A stretch of DNA of 64,000 nt from Actinomycetota bacterium (GTDB lineage: Bacteria; Actinomycetota; UBA4738; HRBIN12): assembly GCA_035701505.1 (NCBI GenBank), contig DASSSA010000133.1, positions 11,748 through 75,747 on the forward strand, in the 5' to 3' direction. Below are positions 1 through 9,677 of this stretch, piece after piece. The notes under the pieces are model-generated. The model was not told where the DNA came from and made no database searches. It saw only the letters and a list, made by a program, of their open reading frames with translations. Position numbers and translations under genes: made by a program. The number at the start of each line of letters is the position of its first letter. The first letter of the stretch is position 1.

Positions 1-468
1 ATGGGCGCCTGGAGCCGATCGTGGGCGGTGTGGTCATGAGGAGTGGTCCCAGGACGTCGGCGAGCCCGGCGATCCACGCGTCCCATCGCTCCGCTGCGTC
101 GGCGTCACGCGCGGAGAACTTGGCGAACTCGTCACGGTTCTTCGCATTGTCGTCGTACTCGATCATCACCCGTCCGTCGGGGAACGGCACCATGTACGGG
201 CCGACCGCGTGGACCCGATACCCATGCCGCTGGAGTCGGAGATCGCGGATGATCGTGTCCGGCATCAAGCTCATGACATAGCTGAGCGTGGTGACCCGGA
301 ACTCGGGGTGATCGGGCCACGGTTGGTCGGTGGCGGCTGCGCCCCCCGTCTTGTGCCGAGCCTCGCACACCACCGTGCGCGCGCCTGCTCGCGCGAGGTA
401 CGCCGCGGCCACCAGGCCGTTGTGACCGCCGCCGATGACGATGGCGTCGTATCGGTTCGCCCCCACCC
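1..468 (-). CDS. NAD(P)/FAD-dependent oxidoreductase of the phytoene-desaturase (CrtI/amine-oxidase) family, N-terminal part only. The gene runs off the window start.
   Basis: Absent from the ORF track because there is no in-window stop. My minus-strand translation from the GTG at 466-468 gives VGANRYDAIVIGGGHNGLVAAAYLARAGARTVVCEARHKTGGAAATDQ..., a classic GxGxxG Rossmann dinucleotide-binding N-terminus of CrtI-like flavoproteins. Downstream residues have clean composition. Confidence 0.7.
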
Positions 469-481
469 TGCAAAGGCCTCC

Positions 482-529
482 CTGAACGGGGGTTCAGCCG
501 AACGATAGCACCGTTGAACAGCGGTTCAA
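482..529. promoter_or_regulatory. Cluster of TGAAC/GTTCA inverted repeats (candidate operator) in the 311-bp non-coding gap upstream of the flavoprotein gene
   Basis: Read directly: CTGAACggggGTTCAG (482-497), GTTCagccGAAC (492-503), TTGAACagcgGTTCAA (514-529). No ORF of 60 aa or longer lies in 469-779. Confidence 0.3.
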
Positions 530-779
530 TGCGGCACGGCCGATCAGGTCGGGTCGCCGATCGAGGGCAAGACGTGAGGCTCGACGGGGGTCCTGCGCGG
601 GCCTCCCCGCAACTGACGGACGGTCGGCCACAGCAACAACGCCGCCGCGAGGGAACTCACCCCGGCCAGCGCGTACGCCCCCTGTGGGCCGAGGAGGGCA
701 AGCGCCCCGGCGGCCAGGACCGGACGGCGGTTCGGGGCGGAGTCCTCGTCGCGCGAGCCTTCACCTTCCCGGCACCTCG

Positions 780-2027
780 CTAGGTGAGCTCCACGGCCGG
801 GGCGGTCACGGCCTCGGCATCAGCCGTCGCGACGTCCAGCTCAACGGCCTCACGGACGGATCCACGCCGCAGGATGGGGAGCAGGACGAGGGCTCCGATG
901 GCCCCGGTGAGGCCGCCGATCGCGTAGACGTTCTGCGGCCCGACGGCCCGCAACACCATCCCGGCCGCGGCGAATCCCAGGACGAAGGCGATGGACGTGA
1001 GGCCCTCCGAGGCCGCGATCACGCGGCTGCGGACGGCATCGGGCGTCCGCCGCTGCTGGATGCCCTGTTCGGCCACCAGGACGATGGCGTCCCCCACGCC
1101 CGAGAGCAATGCGATGATCAGGATCGGCCCGAACCACGGCGAGACGGCGATGGCGGCCGTGGTCACGGCGATCAGCGCGGTTCCCAGGAACAGCGCCCTG
1201 GGTTCTCGGTCCTCGTTCAGGAACCGGCCGGCGAACGAGCCGACTACCGATCCCGCTCCCCAGAACGTGATCAGCAGGCCGTAGCCGATGGAGCCTGCGT
1301 TGAAGTGCTCGACGAGCGGGACGTCGGCCACCATCACCAGGCCGAACCCGAACACCAGCCCGGTCCAGGCCAGCACCAACGTTCGCAGCACCCGATCCCT
1401 GGCGATGAACACGAACCCCGCCCGAAGCCCGCGGTGCTCGGTCGCGTCGGAACGCTCCCCTTCGAAGGGCGCGCGAACGGTCCACACGAGGACCGCCGAG
1501 ACGGCGAACGTCATCGCGTTCAGGCCGAACACCCATGCCGGCCCGATGGCGGCGACCAGCACCCCGCCGATCGCCGGCCCGACCATGATGCCGGCGTTTC
1601 GTCCCAGCGAGATGAGACTGTTCGCCCACGACAGGTGGGACGGCTCGACCATGTTCGGGATGGCCGCGGCCGACGCCATCCAGAATGGCGTCTCGACCAC
1701 GGCCGAGATGAACGCCAGGGCGAGCAGCCACCCCGGATCGCCGGCGAAGGCCATCGCGGCGAAGGCCGCCACCCCGGCCAGGTCGGAGACGATCATCACC
1801 CGTCGGCGGTCGAACCGATCGCCGATCGCGCCGGCGATCGGCGCCAGCAAGCCGGTCACGCCGAACGTGAGGACAAGCGTCGCCGAGAGCCACGCGGGCG
1901 ACCTCGTCCGCTCGTACACCGTGAACATCAGCGCCGTGTAGGCGGCCGCACCACCCGTGATCGAGATCAGCCGCGCCGTGGCCAGCCGGCGCACGGCGGC
2001 CTTCGATGATGTGCGGTGGACGCTCAT
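780..2027 (-). CDS. MFS transporter
   Basis: 415-aa ORF with about 12 hydrophobic helices and an MFS-like motif GxxxDRxGRR-like (GAIGDRFDRRRVMIVS). AAGGAG sits 8 nt upstream of the ATG. Confidence 0.85.
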   Translation of the reverse strand: MSVHRTSSKAAVRRLATARLISITGGAAAYTALMFTVYERTRSPAWLSATLVLTFGVTGLLAPIAGAIGDRFDRRRVMIVSDLAGVAAFAAMAFAGDPGWLLALAFISAVVETPFWMASAAAIPNMVEPSHLSWANSLISLGRNAGIMVGPAIGGVLVAAIGPAWVFGLNAMTFAVSAVLVWTVRAPFEGERSDATEHRGLRAGFVFIARDRVLRTLVLAWTGLVFGFGLVMVADVPLVEHFNAGSIGYGLLITFWGAGSVVGSFAGRFLNEDREPRALFLGTALIAVTTAAIAVSPWFGPILIIALLSGVGDAIVLVAEQGIQQRRTPDAVRSRVIAASEGLTSIAFVLGFAAAGMVLRAVGPQNVYAIGGLTGAIGALVLLPILRRGSVREAVELDVATADAEAVTAPAVELT

Positions 2028-2213
2028 GAAAACGACTCCTTGGTTCGGTGGCTCAGGACGTGCGAGAACGGTGAGGAACCGCCCGCCGGGAGGCGAGCGA
2101 GCGCGTCAGCCGATGACGCTGGAGTTGATCACCGTGAGCCGTTTCATGGTTCGCCGAGTGTAGCAGCCCGTCCAGTCCGTGGGAACACCCGTTTTCGCGG
2201 CGGCGGGAAGGCG

Positions 2214-3797
2214 CTATTCCGGGAGCACCACGAACCAGGCATCTGCGGCACCGACGGCCGTCGAGATCTCCTCGATGATCTCCGGGGTGACCGCGCTATC
2301 CAATGTGAGGGCCATGAGCGCGGTGCCGCCCCGCGTGGCCCGGCCCACGTCCATGGTGGCGATGTTGACGTCGTGCTGCCCCAGGATCGTGCCGACCTTC
2401 CCGATGACACCCGGGCGGTCCTCGTACGCGAAGAACAACATGTAGGTGGCCGGCGACATCTCGACGTCGTAGCCCAGCACCTGCATCACGCGTTCGGCGT
2501 TCCGCTTGCCCACCAGTGTTCCCGCGACCGACGCCTCCCCATCCTCGGTCTCGGCCCGAAGAGCGATGAGGTTCACGTAGTCGCTCGACACCGCCGATCG
2601 CATCTCGGAGACCGCCATGCCTCGTTCACGGGCGATGATGGGCGCATTCACGTAAGAAAGCGGCTCGTGGACCACGCCGCTCAGCACTCCCTTGATGAGG
2701 GCGAGGGTCAACGCGCGCGTGTCGACCTCGGCGATGCGTCCGTGGTACTGACACTCGATCGCGCTCACCGCTCCCCGGGCCAGGCCGGTCAGCAGCATCC
2801 CGAGCTTCTCGGCGAGCGGCAGGAACGGCCGCACCACCTCCGAGACCTCCGCACCGGCCGAGACGTTCACCGCGTGGGGCACGAACTCTCCCATCAGCGC
2901 GAGCCGGACCATCTCGGCGATGGAAGCTCCCGCCTTGTCCTGGGCCTCCACGGTCGACGCACCGAGATGCGGCGTCACGACGACCTGGTCGAACGCGAAC
3001 AGCGGTGACTCCATGGTCGGCTCCTCCGCGAAGACGTCGAGGGCCGCACCGGCAAGGTGACCGTCCTCGATGGCCTTGGCAAGGGCTGCCTCGTCCGCGA
3101 TCCCCCCGCGCGAGGTATTCACCAGGCGCGCGCCCTCCTTCATCAACGCGACCTCCCGGTCCCCGATCAACCCCTCGGTGTCCGCCGTGCGCGGTAGGTG
3201 GAGCGACACGAAGTCCGACTGAACCAGCAGAGCCTCCAGTGTCGGCATCAGCTCGACCCCCATCTCCTTGGCCCGCTCCCTCGGGACGTACGGATCGAAC
3301 GCGATGACCCGCATACCGAAGGCAGCGCACCGCTGGGCCACCATCGAGCCCACCCTCCCCAGGCCCACGACCCCCAGGGTCTTCCCGGCGAGCTCGACCC
3401 CTTGGTAGCGCTCCCGCTCCCACTGGCCGGCCTTCAGCGCGGCGTTGGCCTGCGGGATGTTTCGCGCCTGGGCCAGCATGATGGCGAAGGTGTGCTCGGC
3501 GGCCGAGACGATGTTCGACTGCGGCGCGTTCACCACCATGACGCCCCGCCGCGTCGCCGCCTCGACGTCGACATTGTCCAGCCCGATCCCGGCCCTGGCG
3601 ATGACCTTCAGGTTCTCGGCGGCCTCGATCACGTCGGCCGTGACCTTGGTCTGCGACCGGACGATGAGCGCGTCGTACGGAGCGATCTCCAGGGCAAGGT
3701 CCCCCCGAGAGAGCTCGCGGCGGACGTCGACCTGGAAGTCCTTGCGCAGCAGCCCCAGGCCACGTTCCGAAAGTGGCTCGGTGACCAGGACCCGCAT
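2214..3797 (-). CDS. serA: D-3-phosphoglycerate dehydrogenase with C-terminal ACT domain
   Basis: 527 aa. Contains the D-isomer 2-hydroxyacid dehydrogenase NAD-binding motif GVVGLGRVG, catalytic R/E/H residues and a C-terminal ACT regulatory domain typical of long-form SerA. Confidence 0.95.
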   Translation of the reverse strand: MRVLVTEPLSERGLGLLRKDFQVDVRRELSRGDLALEIAPYDALIVRSQTKVTADVIEAAENLKVIARAGIGLDNVDVEAATRRGVMVVNAPQSNIVSAAEHTFAIMLAQARNIPQANAALKAGQWERERYQGVELAGKTLGVVGLGRVGSMVAQRCAAFGMRVIAFDPYVPRERAKEMGVELMPTLEALLVQSDFVSLHLPRTADTEGLIGDREVALMKEGARLVNTSRGGIADEAALAKAIEDGHLAGAALDVFAEEPTMESPLFAFDQVVVTPHLGASTVEAQDKAGASIAEMVRLALMGEFVPHAVNVSAGAEVSEVVRPFLPLAEKLGMLLTGLARGAVSAIECQYHGRIAEVDTRALTLALIKGVLSGVVHEPLSYVNAPIIARERGMAVSEMRSAVSSDYVNLIALRAETEDGEASVAGTLVGKRNAERVMQVLGYDVEMSPATYMLFFAYEDRPGVIGKVGTILGQHDVNIATMDVGRATRGGTALMALTLDSAVTPEIIEEISTAVGAADAWFVVLPE

Positions 3798-3801
3798 GCG
3801 C

Positions 3802-4953
3802 CTATTCCGCGGAGGCGAAGACGTCCTCGGCGGCGGCCACGGCCGCGCCCCGCTTGACCGGGTAACCCAGCTTGTCCAGGGCGAGCTCGATGGCGGCCAA
3901 CCCGCGGATCATGTCGAGCCGTTCGTAGTACCCGAGGTGGCCGATGCGGAAGACCTTGCCCTTGAGCGGCCCCTGACCCGGGGCCAGGATGATGCGGTCG
4001 TCGGCCCGGACCGTGGCGACGATCCGATCGGCGTCGATGCCCTCGGGAGCACGGACCGCGGTCACCGTCCAGGCCCGCTCGGGATCCTCGCCGAACAGGT
4101 CCAGCCCGAGGGCTCGGATGCCTTCCTTGATCGCGCGCGACAACACGCGGTGCCGGGCGTACGCGGCCTCCGGCCCGTCCTGGTAGTACAGGCGAAGCGC
4201 GGCCTGGAGCCCCTGGACCACCGAGATGGCGGGGGTCCAGGGGCTCTCCGGGTCCTTCAGGTCGAACGACTCTTTGTACGAGGTCCAATCGAAGTAGAAC
4301 CGCGGGTTCTTCGCCTCCGCCTGAGTCGCCCAGGCCGCCTGGGAGATGGCCGCGAACGCGAGGCCCGGCGAGGCCGACAGCGCCTTCTGGGACCCGCCGA
4401 TCGCGACGTCGATGCCCCAGCCGTCGAAGTCGAACGGCACGGCCCCGAGCGACGACACGGCGTCCACCAGGACCAGGGCGCCGGCGTCCTTGGCCGCCCG
4501 GGCGATCGTCTCGATGTCGTGGACCACGCCCGTCGAGGTTTCGCTCTGCGTGAGCAACACAGCCTTGGCCCGAGCCTTCGCCATCGCGGCCGCGATGTCG
4601 GCGGCCTTCACCGTCTCGCCCCACTGGTAATCGATCGTCTGGACGTCGAGCCCGTACGCCCGGGCGATCTTGGCGAACCGTTCTGCGAAGTACCCGGCCA
4701 GTGGCACAAGGACGGGGTCACCCGGAGAGAAGCAGTTGGCGACGGCCGACTCCAGACCCCCAGTGCCCGAGGAGGTGAAGATCAAGACGTCGGACCCCGT
4801 GCGGTACAGCCCCTGGAGGCCCTCGGTCACTTCCTGCAGCATCCGGCCGAACCCGGGACCCCGGTGGTACACGAGCGGGCTCCCCTGGGCCAGATACACC
4901 TCGGGCGGGATCGGCGTGGGCCCTGGGGCAAGGATGATCTCGGGTCTGTCCAC
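3802..4953 (-). CDS. Class V aminotransferase (phosphoserine / serine-pyruvate / alanine-glyoxylate aminotransferase family). Adjacent to serA, so likely the phosphoserine aminotransferase step.
   Basis: 383 aa. PLP-lysine context GGSQKAL and overall AGXT-like layout. The stop is 4 nt from the serA start. Confidence 0.85.
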   Translation of the reverse strand: MDRPEIILAPGPTPIPPEVYLAQGSPLVYHRGPGFGRMLQEVTEGLQGLYRTGSDVLIFTSSGTGGLESAVANCFSPGDPVLVPLAGYFAERFAKIARAYGLDVQTIDYQWGETVKAADIAAAMAKARAKAVLLTQSETSTGVVHDIETIARAAKDAGALVLVDAVSSLGAVPFDFDGWGIDVAIGGSQKALSASPGLAFAAISQAAWATQAEAKNPRFYFDWTSYKESFDLKDPESPWTPAISVVQGLQAALRLYYQDGPEAAYARHRVLSRAIKEGIRALGLDLFGEDPERAWTVTAVRAPEGIDADRIVATVRADDRIILAPGQGPLKGKVFRIGHLGYYERLDMIRGLAAIELALDKLGYPVKRGAAVAAAEDVFASAE

Positions 4954-5032
4954 GATGCGGCTCTCTCCTGGGGAGGATCCCGCACGCGAGGTTCGCGTGG
5001 ATGGGCCAGACTACCATCCGTCGGCAGTCGAT

Positions 5033-5254
5033 CTAGAAACGGAGGCTGTGGAAGACGTCCTCTGCGGGCTCGGCATCACGGAGTTCATCAGCGGAGAGCC
5101 CCGTGGTGTGCGGGGTCCGACCGAGGATCCGATCGAGCAGCGACCGACGGCCTTTCGCGCGCGCCAGGGCTCGGGAGACCCTGTCCATCCGGGCATCGTG
5201 GCGCTTCCGCTGTTGGTTCAGGTCGCAGGGCACGTGGTTGACGACGGGGCCCAC
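5033..5254 (-). CDS. Small basic hypothetical protein (73 aa), apparently co-transcribed downstream of the ferredoxin reductase gene
   Basis: A GTG lies 4 nt after the reductase TAA and is preceded by GAAGGA (SD-like). The product is VGPVVNHVPCDLNQQRKRHDARMDRVSRALARAKGRRSLLDRILG...DVFHSLRF. It lies within the longer track ORF 5033..5527. The composition is protein-like but no family was recognised. Confidence 0.35.
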   Translation of the reverse strand: MGPVVNHVPCDLNQQRKRHDARMDRVSRALARAKGRRSLLDRILGRTPHTTGLSADELRDAEPAEDVFHSLRF

Positions 5255-5256
5255 GG

Positions 5257-6474
5257 TTATTCCTTCGCCGGCGCGAGCGTGCGGAGATCGAACTCCGGGT
5301 CGGTGAGCAGCTCGGGGTCCGGGCGGACCTGGGCCTTGATGAGCGGCATCGAGCGCCGGACGTCTCGGGGCCAGTTCATTGTGAAGGTCGAGCGGAGCAC
5401 GCCGTCCTTCAGCAGGAAGGCGGCGAACCTCCGTTCCTCGAGACTCCCACGCACGATCACATCGTCCCACTCGGTGGCGAATCCGGCCATCTGGATGTTC
5501 ACGTCGTACTGATCCGACCAGAACCAATGGGGGTCGTCGAAGACCTCATCGTGCCCCAGCATGTTGCGGGCGGCTGCCTGCCCCATCTTCATCGCGTTGT
5601 CGAAGTGCTCGACCCGGATGCGGCCGAAGACGGGATGATCATGGCGGGCCACGTCGCCCGCGGCGAAGACGCCGGGGACGTTGGTCTCAAGGGTCGGATC
5701 GACCAGGATCCCGTTGTCCACGGCCACGTCGGTTCCCTGCACCACTTCGGTCACGGGCTCGACGCCCACGCCCACCACGGCGAAATCGCCCTCGATCGCC
5801 CTGCCCTCCTTCGTGTGGAGCACCTCGAACCGTCCGTCGCCCTCGAACCGTTCCGCCGCATCCCGGAAGATCATCTCCACGCCGTGATCGCGGTGCAGCT
5901 CCTCGAGCACCCGGCCGAGCTCGGTCCCCAGGACCCGCTCAAGTGGGGTCTCGGCGAACTCCACGACCGTGACATCGACACCCCGGCCGCGGAGTGAGGC
6001 GGCCACCTCGGCGCCGATGAACCCCATGCCGACCAGCACGGCCCTGGCCCCCGGCACGGCGGCGGCCCTGATCGCATCGGAGTCGGGGAGGGAGCGAAGG
6101 TCGTGTACTCCCGGCAGGTCGAGTCCGGGCAACGGGAACCTCCGGTTACGGCACCCGGTGGCGATGAGGAGCGAGTCGAACGCGATCCGCTCGCCGTCCA
6201 GGAGCTCGACGCTTCGGCCGGCGACGTCGACGCGCTGGGCGAGCTCGCCGAACCGGGCCTCGATCTGGTTCTCCTCGTACCACTCCGCCGGTCGGATGAA
6301 CCGGGGCTCCTGCTCCTCGCCGCGCAAGTACTCCTTGGATAGGGGAGGCCGCTCGTACGGCGGATGGGACTCCTGGCCGATCAGCACCACGCGACCGTCG
6401 AACCCCTCTTCGCGGAGCGTTGCCGCCGCTGTGCCACCGGCCATGTTGGCTCCGACGACGAGGAAGGTCGGCAC
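5257..6474 (-). CDS. FAD/NAD(P)H-dependent ferredoxin reductase (putidaredoxin/rubredoxin reductase-like, pyridine nucleotide-disulfide oxidoreductase fold)
   Basis: 405 aa. Two Rossmann motifs (VVGANMAGGTAA and VLVGMGFIGAEVAA) with a C-terminal reductase dimerisation domain. Confidence 0.9.
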   Translation of the reverse strand: MPTFLVVGANMAGGTAAATLREEGFDGRVVLIGQESHPPYERPPLSKEYLRGEEQEPRFIRPAEWYEENQIEARFGELAQRVDVAGRSVELLDGERIAFDSLLIATGCRNRRFPLPGLDLPGVHDLRSLPDSDAIRAAAVPGARAVLVGMGFIGAEVAASLRGRGVDVTVVEFAETPLERVLGTELGRVLEELHRDHGVEMIFRDAAERFEGDGRFEVLHTKEGRAIEGDFAVVGVGVEPVTEVVQGTDVAVDNGILVDPTLETNVPGVFAAGDVARHDHPVFGRIRVEHFDNAMKMGQAAARNMLGHDEVFDDPHWFWSDQYDVNIQMAGFATEWDDVIVRGSLEERRFAAFLLKDGVLRSTFTMNWPRDVRRSMPLIKAQVRPDPELLTDPEFDLRTLAPAKE

Positions 6475-6477
6475 GGA

Positions 6478-6786
6478 CTACTCCAGCGAGACGAGCAGCT
6501 GGCCATCCTCCTCGCGCACTTCGAAAACGTCGATAGGCTCGGTGGCCGGACCGTTCACCACCTCGCCGGAGGTGATGTCGAACTGGCTCCCATGGCAAGG
6601 GCACTCGATCACCAGGCCCTCGAGGTCCCCCTCGGCCAGGGAGCACTGCCGGTGCGTACAGACGTCATCGAACGCGTGCAGGTTGCCGCCGACGTTCGCG
6701 ATGGCCACCATCCGGTCCCCGACGGAAACGGCGGTCATCTCCCCTTCGCCGATCTCGCCGGCCTCGACCTTCGCCCAATCCGTCAT
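6478..6786 (-). CDS. Rieske [2Fe-2S] ferredoxin
   Basis: Rieske motifs CTHRQC and CPCHGSQF. Start is MTDWAKVE with GAAGGAG 9 nt upstream. The track ORF extends further upstream into Arg/Pro-rich junk. Ends 4 nt before the reductase start. Confidence 0.85.
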   Translation of the reverse strand: MTDWAKVEAGEIGEGEMTAVSVGDRMVAIANVGGNLHAFDDVCTHRQCSLAEGDLEGLVIECPCHGSQFDITSGEVVNGPATEPIDVFEVREEDGQLLVSLE

Positions 6787-6883
6787 GTACTGGTTCTCCT
6801 TCCCCTGGCGTTCTGTGTGCGGTCCGAGGACGCGGGCCACAGCATAGGGCACGGGCCGTGAAGGGCCGAAACCGGGACGGGCT

Positions 6884-8158
6884 CTAGTCGGGCGGGCTCC
6901 CGGTCTTGCGCCGGGCAAGGAGGTCCGGGGTCAGATATCCCAGGCCGACCACCACGTACATGCCAAACAGGATGAGGAACCCTTCCCGGAACCCGAGCGG
7001 CAGCATCGCGGGGATGAGTGCCCCCAGCACCCACGACAGCTGGAACACCACCTCGTACCGGACGAAGACGCGGCCGTGCGCTCCTCCCGGCGCGAGCTGC
7101 TGCATGAGGCTCTGGAACGCGAGGCGCCCGAGCTCGCTCGAAGCCCCGGCCACAACCGCGAACGCCGTGAGGATGGGAAGGGAGAACGCCACGAACGCCA
7201 GGAAGGCCCCGATCCCGGCCGCCACGATGCACGCCACCACCACCGCTTCCTCTCGAACGGAGATCGGGAGCCGGGGGGCGATCACATCACCCAGGAAGCC
7301 GCCGAGGGCCGCCCCACCCGCGAGCACTGCGAACCAATACGTCGGCTCCCCGCTTCGCCGAAGAGCGAAGGCGATGGAGAACAGGAGGAACCCGTTCGCC
7401 GCCCGCAGGCCGCCTCCCCCGATGGCGGGGGCGGCGAGCTCCGGGATGGCTCCCAGGCGGCTCACCTGTCCCCGGCGCGGCGGCACCTGCGGGTTCGGCA
7501 GCCGAAGGTTCAGGAGCGAGGCGACCGTGTAGACGGCCGCCGCGCCGTACAGCGCGGCGGCCGCCCCTCCCGCCTTGAACAGCAGCACGCCCGGCGCCGC
7601 GGCCAGCGCCGCGCCGCCGACGGCGATCCGTCCGAGGCTCGCGTTGGCCCGCACCAGTCCTTCGTCCTGCCCCGCATAGGCCATGACCAGGCCGTTCCTC
7701 GTGATCGTGTGGACCCTCGACAGGACGAGGATGGCGAACGCGAACGGGTACAGCAGCAACGTGTTGAACCCGGGGGCCGCGAAGACACACACGACCGCGC
7801 GACCGGCGGCGGAGGCGAGCGAGATGGCCCGCCGAGGTCCGGCCCGGTCGAGCAGGGGCACGAGCAGCGGGCCGGCCACCGCCAGGGGCGCCAGCGTCAG
7901 CCCGAGGTACAACGCGACCTTGGACCGTGCCTCGCCCACCGGGACGTCGAAGAAGATCGACCCCGCCAGGGCGATGGCCACCATGGCGTCGCCTGCTGCG
8001 CTGGCCAGCTGGACGAGTGCGTAGGTATCGAGCGGATCGTCGGAGACCCACAGGCGCCGGATCGGCCGGACGATGAGGCTCTCCAGCATCGCAGCCAGGC
8101 CGAGGAGGATGAGCTGCCACCAGGGGTAGCGCTTCGGCTCCCGGCCGCTCCCCCCCAT
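6884..8158 (-). CDS. MFS-type transporter / polytopic membrane protein
   Basis: 424 aa. About 12 predicted TM helices and Ala/Gly/Leu-rich composition typical of MFS. Confidence 0.8.
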   Translation of the reverse strand: MGGSGREPKRYPWWQLILLGLAAMLESLIVRPIRRLWVSDDPLDTYALVQLASAAGDAMVAIALAGSIFFDVPVGEARSKVALYLGLTLAPLAVAGPLLVPLLDRAGPRRAISLASAAGRAVVCVFAAPGFNTLLLYPFAFAILVLSRVHTITRNGLVMAYAGQDEGLVRANASLGRIAVGGAALAAAPGVLLFKAGGAAAALYGAAAVYTVASLLNLRLPNPQVPPRRGQVSRLGAIPELAAPAIGGGGLRAANGFLLFSIAFALRRSGEPTYWFAVLAGGAALGGFLGDVIAPRLPISVREEAVVVACIVAAGIGAFLAFVAFSLPILTAFAVVAGASSELGRLAFQSLMQQLAPGGAHGRVFVRYEVVFQLSWVLGALIPAMLPLGFREGFLILFGMYVVVGLGYLTPDLLARRKTGSPPD

Positions 8159-8177
8159 CGGCCGGCCCTGTCGGGCC

Positions 8178-9635
8178 TCAGGACCCCGAGAGCTTGGCGC
8201 GGAGCAGCTCCCGCACGGTCCCCACGTTCGCCGCGCCGCCTGACTTCTTCATCACCTGACCGACCAGGAAGTTGATCGCCCCGTCCTTTCCGGCCCGGAA
8301 TTGCTCCACGGGGCCCGGGTTCTCGGCGATGGCCTCCACCACCCACGCCTCCAGCGCGGACGCGTCGGTGACCTGCCGCAGCCCCCGGGTCTCCACGATC
8401 TCCTCGACGGGATCGCCCGTCTCGAACGCTTCCTCCAGCACCCGCTTCGCCGCGGTGATCGAGATCGTGGCCTCCTCGACCAGGCGGATCAGATCCGCGA
8501 TGTGCTGGGGGGTAACCTTGCTCTGCGGCAGCTCGATCCGAGCCTTGTTCAGCAGGCCCGAGAGGTCCTGGGTCATCCAGTTGGCCACGGCCGCGGCGGG
8601 CGCCCCGAGGTCGACGGCCTCCTCAAGGAAATCCGCGGTGGCCTTCGACGCGCCGACCAGCGCGGCCTGCTTCGGAGCCAGCCCGAGCTCGCGTTCGAAC
8701 CGGGCCCGGCGCGCGGCGGGCAACTCGGGGAGCGAGCCGCGGATACGCTCGACCCACTCGGTATCGGGCTCGAGCGGGGGAAGGTCCGGCTCCGGGAAGT
8801 AGCGGTAATCGAACGCTTCCTCCTTGGATCGCAGGGTGTGGGTGGTGCCCTCCCCTTCGTCGAAGTGACGGGTCTCCTGAACCAACCGGTGGCCCGCGCG
8901 GAGCGCGGTGGCCTGCCGTTCCTGCTCGTACATCAGGGCTCGTTCGAGCGAGCGAACGGAGTTCAGGTTCTTGATCTCGACCTTCGTGCCGTACTCGAGG
9001 GAACCGGCCGGGCGGACCGAGATGTTCGCGTCGCATCGCAGCGAGCCCTCCTCCATCCGGACGTCGGACACATCGAGGGCCTCGAGCGTAGCCCGGAGCT
9101 CGTTGAGGTACGCGCGGGCCTCCTCGGGCGAGCGGATGTCCGGCTCGGAGACGACCTCGACGAGCGGCACGCCGGCCCGGTTGTAGTCGATGAGCGCGTA
9201 CTCGGCCTGTGCGATCCGCCCGGACGCTCCGGCGTGGGTCGTCTTGCCGGTGTCCTCCTCCATGTGCACCCGAGTGATGCCGACCCGATGGGTTTCCCCA
9301 TCGACCTGCACGTCGAGGTGTCCCTTGACACAGATCGGAAGGTCGTACTGGGAGATCTGGAAGTTCTTCGGCATGTCCGGGTAGAAGTAGTTTTTCCTGT
9401 GGAACAGCGAGTACCGGGCGATCTCGCAGTCCAGCGCAAGGCCGATCCGCACGATGTACTCGATGGCCTGCTCGTTCGGCACCGGCAGCGAGCCGGGAAG
9501 CCCCAGACATACGGGGCAGACGTTGGTGTTCGGGGGGGCGCCGAACTCGTTGGGGGAGCCGCAGAACATCTTCGTCCGCGTCGACAGCTCGACGTGACAC
9601 TCAAGGCCGATGACGGTCTCGAAGTCCTCGCCCAT
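8178..9635 (-). CDS. gatB: Asp-tRNA(Asn)/Glu-tRNA(Gln) amidotransferase subunit B
   Basis: 485 aa. N-terminus MGEDFETVIGLECHVELSTRTKMFCGSP and the rest match GatB throughout. Confidence 0.95.
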   Translation of the reverse strand: MGEDFETVIGLECHVELSTRTKMFCGSPNEFGAPPNTNVCPVCLGLPGSLPVPNEQAIEYIVRIGLALDCEIARYSLFHRKNYFYPDMPKNFQISQYDLPICVKGHLDVQVDGETHRVGITRVHMEEDTGKTTHAGASGRIAQAEYALIDYNRAGVPLVEVVSEPDIRSPEEARAYLNELRATLEALDVSDVRMEEGSLRCDANISVRPAGSLEYGTKVEIKNLNSVRSLERALMYEQERQATALRAGHRLVQETRHFDEGEGTTHTLRSKEEAFDYRYFPEPDLPPLEPDTEWVERIRGSLPELPAARRARFERELGLAPKQAALVGASKATADFLEEAVDLGAPAAAVANWMTQDLSGLLNKARIELPQSKVTPQHIADLIRLVEEATISITAAKRVLEEAFETGDPVEEIVETRGLRQVTDASALEAWVVEAIAENPGPVEQFRAGKDGAINFLVGQVMKKSGGAANVGTVRELLRAKLSGS

Positions 9636-9677
9636 GCGAGTGGTGAGCTTAGCCGCTCCCGGCCCTATCCTGGGCCC

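Noticed and set aside
684-2009. 441-aa plus-strand ORF antisense to the MFS transporter gene
   Set aside because: Extreme Arg/Gly/Asp/Pro composition (for example RGGQAPRRPGPDGGSGRSPRR) with no motifs. This is a typical out-of-frame ORF of 70%-GC DNA. The opposite strand encodes a clean MFS protein.
3445-5241. 598-aa plus-strand ORF spanning serA/serC antisense
   Set aside because: Low-complexity Arg/Gly/Pro-rich translation overlapping two well-supported minus-strand genes. Rejected as an artefact.
8301-9677. Upstream 459 codons of the 814-aa plus-strand track ORF
   Set aside because: Only the last 356 codons (from the ATG at 9678) form the EamA transporter. The upstream part is antisense to gatB and is Arg/Gly/Leu-rich junk.
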